This document shows, piece by piece, positions 38,701 through 50,134 of a DNA stretch of 64,000 bases (position 1 is its first letter; each line of letters starts with the position of its first letter). The position numbers and the translations under genes were made by a program. The notes under the pieces are model-generated. The model was given only the letters and a program-made list of their open reading frames with translations, ran no database searches and was not told the DNA's origin. Source of the stretch: Raja brachyura (taxonomy: Eukaryota). The stretch is taken from assembly GCA_963514005.1 (NCBI GenBank), contig OY740813.1:9858001-9922000 (forward strand). Direction: 5' to 3'.

Positions 38701-41700
38701 TAAAGGCTATTAAACCATCTTAAAGGAACAGATATATATTTCAAAGAGATGGTATGTGACCTCAGGAACTGGAAGGTGAGGACATCCTCATGCATTTGGA
38801 TCCCTCGTCCTCTGGATGCAATGGGTCATGGGTTTTAAAGGTTCTATTGAAAAAGGCTTGTGTTATCAACTGTTGTGGAAAGGTAGTTGGCAATTTGCAA
38901 AATACGAAGAGGTCATAAGCAGATTCCTTCGCTCAACCTTCACTTAAAAGCAAATGCTACCTGTCGATCATTGTTAACGTTACTCTGAAACTTCATATTG
39001 ATATTGTACTTCAATGGGTCCTTTAAAAAACCACAATGTAATAATCAATTAATACGAAATATCAGAATAAAAGTGCTCACAATCATATAAATATTGAGCT
39101 GAATGCTTTAATGGAAAATGTGCAATTGTCCCATTTTTTAATGATTTGCAATTGCAAGCTGAGTAAATAGTCTCTGCTTGAAGTCAATCTGAAAACCTGC
39201 GTGTTTTGTTGTATTCAAGCCCAGTTAGAATTATACAGAGTATTTCATCAGCATCTCCTGAAGAATGCCATAGAGTGTGGCCCTTTTTGTGGTTTAGATG
39301 GCTATGAAGGCTTGCAGTTTGCTCAATTCATAATGTTATCTGTGCATCTGGTAACTGATTACATCTCATTCCTTTTATATGCACCAGTTACTGGCATTTT
39401 CTTTTTTTTTTTTGCATTACATTCAGGAGCATTTGAGATAGAAGCAGGTAATTTGACCTATCAAACCTTCTGTGTATTTGATTAGTTTACGGTGCTCAGT
39501 GCCTCGACAATTTATCTACCTTTACTTCATGTCCCTCTTTTCTCTTACCCATCAAATACTGATGGTTTCATTTGACCTCTGTCATCCTATGGCTTCATAC
39601 TTTCAGATATCTTTAAGCCTTCTGTGAGAGTTGCTTCATGGTTTCTTCCCAAATGCCCTTGCTGTGTCTCCTCATACTTGACTTGACTTTGAATTGACTT
39701 ACATAAAATAATTTCCCTGTATCTAGTCCATCAATTCTTACAGCATTGATCAGACCAACCCTCTTTTTTTGCACTATGCCTAACCACGATAAAATAAATG
39801 TAATGTAAGAAATGGAAGAATGCCAAGGTATTCTGTCCATTGAGCTTGCTGCACTAAATGATTATGGTTAATCTCCTACTTCAGTTGCACTTTCATTCCC
39901 TAATTCCCATCTCCTGATGTTTTTTTGTTGCATTGAATAATCTATCTATCACATTTTTACACATTCTCTTACTTAGTATCCACCATCTTCTGGGATAAAT
40001 AATTACAAACATTCATAACCATCTGAGTAGAGTAATTTTAATCAGGAATACTGACCCTTTATCATGAGACCATGACCATGGGTTCTCTTCTTCATCTACC
40101 ATATCAGGTTCCTCATTAACCACATATGATTCTTTAAAATGTTCATGGAGTCAGAGCTTTCAACATGGAAATAGGCCCTTCAGCCTATCAAGTCCATACT
40201 GACCATCAAGCACCTGTTTATACTAATCTCACACTAGCCATTTAATTGTTCCCACATTTCCATGAGCTCTCCTTGCAGGAGATACAATTTACAGTGCCCA
40301 AATAAGGGGATGTGGAAGAAAAACCATTCATTCACAGAAAGAACATACAAATTCCTTTAAGGGAGCTTCATAGGTCAGTGTTGAACCCAGAGCAATGCGC
40401 ACCAAGGGCAGCATTTCTAACAGCCTCCAAACTTTATAGAATGGTCAGTCTCACATTGTGATGCAACACTACAAAACCTACCTTCAATTTAACTTTCAAA
40501 GTCCCAGTGTCATCCTGATTTACTTAGTCGCACATGAGATGATACATTTCCCAAAATACTTTGCAATGACCTAACTGTAAATGCAATTCAAATTCCATGT
40601 GATTCATGAAAAGGCGGGATGTAAAGGTGAGGCATTTCAATCATTTTAAAGAGGTAAGCAAAATAAAAAGGATGAAAACGAATTGATCCTTTTCAGTGAC
40701 CAATTTTACATTGGAGAAAACTTGAATGCAAATCCCCAGACCCAGTGAAAAGGATTCACCAAATGAAACCTGGAATGTCATCGAGCAAGTCATAGATAAA
40801 TTGCCTAAAAAACCCTCAGCGTTTTTCTCTACTTTCCAAGACCTCTGTTTACGTGTTGGTCTACTCGGCCTTCCCCTTCCTTTTCAGGTCTCCATTCTAG
40901 GTCAAACCGAGAGCTTCTGTTACTAAACCTCAATTTTGGATAAGTTACATTAAAAGGAACCAGGCCATTTTGAAGGATTAATCTGAAGTTCAACACCCTC
41001 ACCATAGCACGTTATTTTACAAAATTGCATATCAAAGGAATGAAACAGAAAGTGCTGGAAGTCATCAGTAGGTCAGCTACCATCCGTAGGGAGCAGACTG
41101 GGAGTCAGCCATTCAGCCCCCTGATCGTATTATAACATTGTCAGATCATGACTAACACATATCCTAACTCAATTTCAGTTTCAAATCTTTTATACCCACT
41201 GCTATTAATCTTAACTATGAAATCATTATTAAGTCAGCATTTCTTTACTGTGAAAGAAATGTCTCTGTTTAAAACTCTTTGAGTGATGTATTTTTAAGTT
41301 CTCTTGTAATGATCTAGTTCAAACTTAACCAATAATTAGCGATCAGCAGAAAAAACGTTTCTCCTCCATCGACCTGAATAAGTTATTTCAAAATTCGAAA
41401 TACTCATCAAATCATCCTTAACCTTTTTTTAATTCAAGGAAACACAAGCCTAGTTTACGCAGTCTGTCCTCAAAATACAATTCTTTGAGCCTGATACATT
41501 GTGTGAATGTCTATTCCAGGTGCCGTCCCCAAAATTGTACACAATACTCCAGATGTGATGTAACCAGAGCATTCATTACACATTAGCTTCATAATAACAT
41601 ATACATGTACATACATATAGAAACACATCCACATTTAATGTACACATGTATGTATTCTTTGCAAATGTATATGACATTTAATAATGCATATGCATATTTC

Positions 41701-41837
41701 TACTGGACATGTGTTTGTATGTCATATATACGGTCCATATGTGCATAATGCTTTACTAAAATTATGCAAGAAGCTGTTTCATGAACTCAATACTTGTCAG
41801 CAATCAAGCAATGAGTCACATTGCTAAACCTCTTTTT

Positions 41838-42097
41838 TTATTGTCCTCCATTTTTTGGCCTGATCTTCATCTCTACATATTTGAGTGAATATTGCCAGCC
41901 GGTCCAGGAGGACCACTCGATTCCATTTGCATAAGAGGTGTGGTGGCCCTTCAGATATCGGCCATTGAGGTTAGAAGTATGGCAATTATGGTACCACCAG
42001 GCGCCATGGTAGAACATAGCGCAATTATTCATGGAGAGATCATTGTCCCGATCCTTGGTTGTGAATCTCATGCCGCTGTGCTTCAGGAGGGAGTCCC
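41838..42097 (-). CDS. FIBCD1: FIBCD1 last coding exon (fibrinogen C domain, ligand/Ca site)
   Basis: TTCCTACAG|GG GAC..., [45 protein letters not shown]...[25 protein letters not shown]. Confidence 0.95.
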
Positions 42098-42269
42098 CTG
42101 TAGGAAGAAGCTAATGGTTACTGCACTGCTTTTGAACAGCCCTGTCTCGAGCTTATCACGCACGCCACCCCTGCCATCATGACAGATCATGCTCATTACC
42201 ATTTCCTGTTTGAAACTGTGGTTCAGTGGTTTTGTCCTTTCCAATGGGTCAGTAGATTGTGGCTTTAAA

Positions 42270-42610
42270 TTCCACTGTAGAGAGTACAGAATCCAAGCCG
42301 ACACTCAGTGTACCACACTGGAAGTGTTGCATTGACGGAAGTGACATCTTTTGGTTAAGATATTAATATGAGCGCTCTTCTGCCCTTTGAGGTATATACA
42401 AAAATATACCATTGTTGTGGTTTTAAAGAAGAGCAATGGAATTTTTCAGTGTTCTGAACAAAAATTAACCCTTAACACCTTAAAATGGATGAACTATTTA
42501 CTATTTTATTATTTTTAAATGGGATACTCCTTTGTTCAATTTGGCAGCCTTATGCCCTATCTTTTAATGGAGCCTTTATTTCAAAAGCAGTTCATTGGCT
42601 GAAAGCATTA
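42270..42610 (+). mobile_element. Deu-domain SINE (SacSINE1-like)
   Basis: ATCCAAGCCGACACTCAGTG...GTGTTGCATTGACGGAAGTGACATCTTTTGG...GAAGAGCA; related to the copies at 1205, 34900, 46080, 50290 and 58000. Confidence 0.5.
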
Positions 42611-42885
42611 TTGGATGACCTCTTCATTGTATCTCCAGATAATCTCCTCTTTCCATTTCCTCCCATTTGTAAATTCTCTCCTGTACTACTTGTTAATCTG
42701 ATTACGCTGCCCAATAATTGCTTTTTGTCCCCTTTTGTCTCTTCATGCTCACCATCTTTTGCTGAAAATCTTTTACTGCGAGCCTGTTAACTTCTTCCTG
42801 ACACCTTGTTAAATTACCCATGCTAACCTCAGCAAAACCCTGCAAGCTATTCCCTTGGTTAGTTAAACAAAAATGAAATTGAGAC

Positions 42886-43065
42886 CTGCAGTTCCGGTGT
42901 ACTCTGCCACAGTCAGTGGATAGCTGTCCCTTTCTGGATCAACAGAGAACAGTCCAATTCCAAATGTCCCATACTGAGCATAGGCTGTACTGTTCTCAAA
43001 GTCTTCCATCTCCACACGGAGTTCGTAGTGTGATTGAATGGTGAGAGCGTGAATCCTCTTCAAAC
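42886..43065 (-). CDS. FIBCD1: FIBCD1 internal exon
   Basis: TTTTTAG|GT TTG..., LKRIHALTIQSHYELRVEMEDFENSTAYAQYGTFGIGLFSVDPERDSYPLTVAEYTGTA G|GTCTCA; 180 nt, phase 1-1. Confidence 0.95.
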
Positions 43066-43429
43066 CTAAAAAAATTGAAAAAAGTTTCACATCGAGTCAT
43101 CAGGACAGGGTACAAAGTTGACAGCATTAACTATTCATACAAATAGGCATCAAATTGACTGTTTACCATAATAGGTCAACAAGATTCAAGTTTAATCTAC
43201 TGGAGCAGAATACCAGACTGCTAATAAATGTTGAGATGCAATATGAGTCATTTTGATAATATGGCATTATTGCTGGACTATAACAGCATGATACTAATAG
43301 TGACGTTCCAATAGTGACAACATTTCAAAAGTATTTACTTGGCAGAATTGTAGCTGCAAATCACATTAAATTGCTTTGTCTGTATAGATTTTTGGAATGG
43401 GCAGACTGAAAGAAATATGAAGCGGCTCC

Positions 43430-44672
43430 ATATACAGTATGACTGTAAAATAGGTGGTATCATAGACAGTGAAGATGGTTATAAAAAATTACAGCAGGAT
43501 CTTGATCAACTGGGCAAGCGGGCCAAAGAATAACTAATGGCATTAATACAAATAAGTGTGAGGTGTTGCATTTTGGAAAGTCAAAACAGGCAGAACCTTC
43601 ACAGTGAATGGTAGGGCCCTGGGGTGTGTTGTAGAGCAGAGGGATCGAGGAGTACAGTGCACACTTCTCTGAATGTGACATCGAAGGTAGAAAGGGTGGC
43701 GAAGATGGGTTTTAGTTTTGTCTTCATCAGTCAGGGAACTGACTATAGAGGTTGGGATGTTGCATTATGTTGTACAAGATGTTGGTGAGGCCACACAAAG
43801 TATTGTGTTCAGCACAGCCTATGCTCTGTTGATCCACCCTTCTCTGGGAGAAATGCCATTAAGATGGAAAGAGTGCAGAGAAGATCAACAAGGATGTTGC
43901 CAGGACAGGAAGGTCTAAAGGAGCTTTCCCACTTACTCGACTTTTCAGCAACTGTCTTTTACCTTCAAGCTCGAGGGCACTCGCCTGAAACACCTCGAGC
44001 TGGATCGACCGTCAGCACACACACAAACACATCGCAAAGGTGGGGGCCAGGGAAAGCAGGGGAGCGCTGTCTGAAATTCACACCCGCCATGAACAGGAAG
44101 GTAAAAGACGGCTGGCACAGTGTACGGTAAGTTCTTTAGAGAGCCGGGGGGGGGGGGGGGGGGAAGAGGAGGGGGGAAGAGGAGGGGGGGGGGGGGGGGA
44201 AGGAGTCGAGACACTTTTAAGAAACCAGATAACTTTTGATAAAGTTTAGTGGGCATTTAACATTACCGGTCGGTTTTCCTTGGTTCTGAAAACTCCAATG
44301 AGCCAATTAAAATGCCCAGTCAGCAAAGAAGATTGCCTACGGCTACCTCGACTGCCTATAACTACATGGCGACCCCACTACGAGTTCAAAAGATCCATGC
44401 CGACCAATTTTTACTCACAGAAAAATTTTCAGCATGCTGAAAAATTTACCTCAACCAAGCTGAGGCCACGAGTATGCGGGAATTTCTCTTGAGCATGAAG
44501 GAGAGTTCCAGTGACCTCCTAGGACCACATGTCGACCATGCTGCGAGTTTGTGGCGAGCGCAAACTCTTCTAAACTTGCAAATTAGGTCGCCATAGTGGG
44601 ACAGGCCCTTAAGTTATAGTCAGAGGCTGGACAAACTAGGACTTTATTCCTTAGAGTGCAAAAGGCTGAAGG
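43430..44672 (+). mobile_element. CR1 RT fragment split by a Harbinger MITE
   Basis: KIGGIIDSEDGYKKLQQDLDQLGK...KCEVLHFGK...MERVQRRSTRMLPGQEGL|SY resumes after the MITE. Confidence 0.8.
43919..44609. mobile_element. PIF/Harbinger-type MITE
   Basis: TAA TSD (43916-43918, 44610-44612). Imperfect 15-bp TIRs AGGAGCTTTCCCACT / AGTGGGACAGGCCCT (12/15). Host CR1 frame is restored on removal. Confidence 0.85.
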
Positions 44673-44684
44673 AGGAAATCCATA

Positions 44685-45256
44685 ATGGACTATTATACAT
44701 CAGCGATACCAAAGGTAAACTGGGCAATCGTTTCGCTAAACACCTTCACTCAGACCGCCTGGACCTACCTGATCTCCCGGTTGCTAAAAGACTTTAATCC
44801 TTCCCATTCCCACACTGACCTTTCTGTCCTCGGTCTCCTCCATTGTCAGAGTGAGGCTAAAGACAAATTGGAGGAACAGCATCTAATTTTTTGCTTGGGC
44901 AGCTTACAGCCCAGTGATACAAATTTTGATTTCTCTAACTTCAAGTAACCCCGGCATTCCCTCTCTCCCCATCCCTCCCTCAGCCAAATCGCACCAACTT
45001 CTCGTTTTCACACAACAAACAGCTAACAATGGCCTATTTCCTTTATCATTGTTTTTTTTGCATATCTTTAATTCATTGTTCTTTATCTCCATACATCAAC
45101 ATCTATTATCTCTCATTTCCCTTTCCCCTGACTAGTCTGGTCTCAACCCAAAACGTCACCCATTCTTTCTCTCCAGAGATGTGGCCTGTCCCGCTGAGCT
45201 CCAGCTTTTTGTGTCTATCTTCGGTTTACACCAGTACCTGAAGTTCCTTCCTACAC
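44685..45256 (+). mobile_element. Penelope-like element 3' part
   Basis: ORF 44685-44948 FNPSHSHTDLSVLGLLHCQSEAKDKLEEQHLIFCLGSLQP...FDFSNF, followed by the terminal repeat. Confidence 0.85.
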
Positions 45257-47390
45257 AGTCCTTAAGGGGAGCAGCAATTCAGTTGCACTTCTTCCAATTT
45301 AGTGTATTGCATTTGGTGCTCACGATGGGGTGTCCTCTGCAATGGAGAAACTAAAGATTAGGTAACTGCTTCGCTGAACACCTCTGTGCAGTCCATAGGG
45401 TAAATTCTGGCTTTCAATTGGTGGTGCCTTTAATGCTCTATCCCACTCCTGCTCTCACATATCTGTCTAGCTTCTGGCATTGTTCAATAAGCTCTTCTGT
45501 CACTATTAAATTGTGGAGTCACAGGTACTAGCCCAACTAGCTAGCCAGATGGAAAATATAGACTTTGATTCTCAATATTAAATTCAATAATTTCAGATTA
45601 TTTGCATTCTCAGTTGGAATCAAAACTAGCCAGTTTTTTGTCAAGTTATCTATTTGTCACATTAAGTCATTTTTTTCCTCTCCATTGACACTGATCTGCT
45701 GGATACCTCCAACATTCTCCTTTTGCTTTCATGATCAGCACCATTGTACAGTAATGCAGCCAGTGCAGCTGCTACTTTGCATCTGCAGTGACTTGGCTTC
45801 AATACAGAGAGGATAGGTTCTATTTGTTCTCCCCCACCCTCTCTACATCTTGAAACTTGCTTGTTTTCTCACTTTCCAATTCTGTTGATGGGCCTTGGAC
45901 CTGAACATTAACTCTATTTTTCTTTGCTGATGTTCCCTGATTTGCCGCATACTTTCTACTTTGATTACAGATTTCCGGCACCTGTAGTTTTTTGTTTGTT
46001 TGTTTGCTGTGCACAACAAGATCCCAGATAAATCCATGATCCAAGCCTATACCCACTATGACAACTGATGTACTTTTGTACTGTTGTCAGCGCTGTATTT
46101 CAGGTGAGATGTTGAATGAAGACTTTTAAAGACTTCTATTTGAAGAAGAAAATTGCATTCTATCCAGTGCCTTGGGCCAATATTTGCTGATCGAGTTTGA
46201 ATAGAACAAGAAAATTGTTTAGTTAGATGCTGCATGGGGAAGGATGCTAAACACAATTTAGCCGGCATGTAAATGCCGACACTTAAAATAAATACCTTAA
46301 TTGGATGTAAAGTACTTGCATTGTCCTGTTGTTATGAAAGGCTTCAAGCCTTTCTTCACATGAAAGATCAATACAAAATTAACTTCTGAATTAATTTAGT
46401 TGTTCATTTTCTTGGGCAAGATTTGAGAGCCAACGAAAAACTATGCAGATGCTGGAAATCTAAATTTATTTCATGTAGTTATGAAAATTGACATGTTATT
46501 AATCGATCTTACTCCAAGTTGTATTAACTGCTTTATTTTAAGAAAAAGGAAGGAAATTATTTGGTAAGTAATTCAGGCCAGCTGGCCAGCATGGGAAGCA
46601 TTAATTATCATTGTCTGCTCAAACAGCATATAGTACTCTGAATCAGCTGAGCCAATTAAGGTAATCTTCAGTCTGATGGCCAGGAGAAGCCCCTGGGGTG
46701 TAGGCTATGTGCTTTTTGCATAATGATTACCCACCTGCACTGTGCTTTCCTTGTAACATCATGACCCTATGAATCTGATCAATTGGAACTTGTTCATCTA
46801 AGCCGATGGGGACATTTCATGCCTTCCATTTAAAAAACACCTGAAATATCCCACCAGTAACATCACCCCCAGCTTTCCATATCAGTATTTTCTTATGACT
46901 AGTCCCCAAGTCTCGAATCTCTTCCCAAACATCTTTCTCTAGGTCACTATTCTTTCTCCAAATCCAAATATCATTGCTGTCCCCAATCCACCATTCATTC
47001 CCCACCACCCGATTCTCCAAATCTCAATGGTGTCTTTAATCATAGCTTCAGTCTTGATCTTGTATCCTATTCCATCCCTTCCAAGTTTCTCTGATCTCTC
47101 ACTTACAGAAATCCCTTCTGGACACTTTCTTGACGATCTCAATTATCTTTAATGGTGTGGCCTCATGTTCAGTCAGCTTTGCCAAGAGTTGTCAAATGCC
47201 AACTTTTGGTGTACACAATCTCAGCTTGTATTCCTGTACGGTTCTGAAGGAATCCTGCATTTCTGGAGGCACATCATAAAACTCAGACATAAAACTGAGG
47301 CTCCAATTGACATTAGAGCCCTTGGGATCTTTCACCTGGGAGAGCAGACACAAAATGGGAGAACAACTTCTCATTTTATGGCAAATAATC

Positions 47391-49540
47391 CTTTTTTTTA
47401 TATCTTTATTTATTAGTGGTACTGTAAGTTACATCAGTGTACATCCCTTGTATTGTATTACAGTAATTGTACCCCTTAATTTTTTATTTTTATTTTAAGG
47501 CTTTAGAAAAGAGAGAATAGAGAGAAAAATAGCAGCATAGAAAGTAGAAAAGTGAAAAAGAGATGTGAAACTGCCAAAGTGTGACAGAGGGAAAGGAAAC
47601 CCTTGAAGAGAAAGAAACGGGAATTAAAAGATAGACCCTGGAGAGGAAAGAAAAAGAAAGATGGAAAAATAGAGAAAGAAAAAAGAAAAGCCAGTTACTT
47701 TATTATAAACATCTCGCAAAAGGAATCTACCAACTCGACAATTTTTCTTCCCCCCTTACCAAGACCCGACACCGGTACGTTTTTAAGGTATTCTTGCACC
47801 TTATCCTTGTAATAGATTTATAAATGCAGACCACGTCTCATAGAAACAGTCTGATTTTCCTGCTAGTCAGAGTCTGATATCTTCCAAGTGTAGTATTTCG
47901 AACATAGATGAAATCCACATATTGACTGTGGGTACCGGAGAATTTTTCCAGAATTTTAAGATTAGCATTTTTCCAGTTATTAAGCCATATTCAAATAGAG
48001 TCTTTTGAAACACGTTTAAATCGGGGCAGTCTTCTGATATCCCAAAGATTATCCAGTCTGCTTCTGGGGTCAGTTTTATTTTAAATATATTTGTGCAAAT
48101 TTCAAAAATGTCAGTCCAAAATGTTTGAATTTTTGTACAAAAGACAAATGAGTGTGCTATATTAGCTTCTTGACATTGACATTTATCACATATAGGAGAG
48201 ACGTTGGGAAAACGTTTACTTAATTTAGTTTTTGAATAGTATAATCTGTGTAAGATTTTAAATTGTATTAAGGTGTGCCTTCCATTAATTGAGCATTTAT
48301 GCACATTTAATAAATACTCTTCCCACCTTTCTTTGGGAATTTTTATACTTAATTCTTTTTCCCAGTCTCTCCTGATACCATCTGTTGTTGGTATTTCTGC
48401 ATTTAGAATACTATTATATATATATGATATTAGGTTTGCTGATTCTGCCTTTGTATTCATTACTTCTTCCAGTACGTCTGGAGGCATATTGTGATAATCT
48501 TTTTTCAAATTTTAAAATAGTCACAGATTTGGAAATATTTAAAATACTGATTGTTTCCCAAATTGTATTTTAGTTGTATTTGTTTAAATGATAATAGTTT
48601 TCCCGATTCATATACATCTCCGAAGATTTTAATTCCAGCTCTTTCCCATTGTGTAAATACTTTATCTATAGTTGAAGGTTTAAATGAGGGGTTTTTACCG
48701 ATAGGAGATAAGAGAGATGCGTTTCTTAATTTTAGATTGTGTTTTATTTGTTTCCAAATTCTGATTGTACTGTATATAACTGGATTATTGTTGTAATTTA
48801 TATTATTCATTGATATTGGAGAGAGAAGGATTGCACCAATATTATAAGGAGAGCAATCCTCTTTCTCCATAATCGTCCAAGCTGGTTGTTGGGGAGAGTT
48901 ATCCAGCAATTGAATCATGTTTCTGATATTTACAGACCAGTAGTAATACATAAAATTGGGGCGTGCTAATCCCCCTACTACTTTGGGTTTATTCAGATGA
49001 GCTCTTTGTATTCTGTAGGATTTATAATCCCAAACAAAATTTGTGATATCTGAGTCCAGTTTTTTAAAAAACTTTCTGGGTAAATATATTGGGATAGATT
49101 GGAACAGGTATAAAATTTGTGGTGGAAAAATCATTTTTATGGCATTTATTCGGCCTATTAAGGACATCGGAAGCGTTTTCCAAAATTTAATCAAATTACA
49201 TAGTTTCTTAAGTAGAGGGTTATAATTTTCGTCAAACATATCTTGATATCTTCTAGTAATTTCGATGCCCAAGTATTTAAATTTTTCCGTAGCTATTTTG
49301 AAAGGAAATTGTAAAAGATGCGTAGAGTCTTTTGGTTTTATTGACATGATTTCACTTTTATTCCAATTTATTCTATATCCTGAGAATGATCAGAAGTCCT
49401 CTATTAATTTAAAAATATTTGGTATAGGAATATGAGGTTTTCCTTGGATATCCATGGATACAAAACAAAATACTCCAATAATAAAATATCACTACATCAC
49501 TATACGCCGACGACGTACTTTTGTACATCACAAAACCTCA
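47391..49540 (-). mobile_element. L1-clade LINE, 5'-truncated with 5' inversion, 14-bp TSD
   Basis: ORFs 48505-49347 (FKYLGI, LPMSLIGRINAIKM, GGLARPNF) and 47867-48508 (QFKILHRLY, CxxC...H...C). A-rich tail at 47391-47415. YADD segment inverted at 49446-49543. TSD TATGGCAAATAATC. Confidence 0.92.
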
Positions 49541-50037
49541 TATGGCAAATAATCTTCAATCTGAGTCAGACTACAGGTCGCCTCTCACCATATCACATTT
49601 TTAATGCCCGCAGAGATTCAAAAGCAGGAAGATGTTCCATTACGAATTCTGCTAATGAGTTACAGTATTATCGTCTTTAAAAAAGAGCAGCAAAAAGAGC
49701 ATATTAATGTAATCATATAGGGGAAAACTTCCTAAAATAAATCAAGAAATCAGTGGCAGATCTGTCCCCTTGATACTGGAAAGAAAATAAGTCATCACAC
49801 ACAGAGTCTATTCCACACTCTCCTCAACCAAGCCAACAGTGCCCCACAAACATTTCTGGATACTAGGGAAGCTTTCAAGACTTGAGACCAATTACTTTTT
49901 GTTGGATATCAAAAAAATGAGCAAAGGCTGTGAAACTGAATTGCAATGCCGGTCAGCCATGTTGTTACAGAATGACTAAGCAGGCTTGAGAGATTGTGCA
50001 TCGTCCCCTGTCACAAATAAGATATTTGTCTCTTTAC

Positions 50038-50134
50038 CTAACCAGTGCTCTCCTGTTATCCTCCCAAATCCATCTTTGTAGGCATCCCATCCTTTGAAAA
50101 AATCCACTGATCCATCTTTCCGCCGCTGAAATAC
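50038..50134 (-). CDS. FIBCD1: FIBCD1 internal exon
   Basis: TTTTGCAG|VFQRRKDGSVDFFKGWDAYKDGFGRITGEHWL G|GTAAAG; 97 nt, phase 0-1. Confidence 0.95.
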
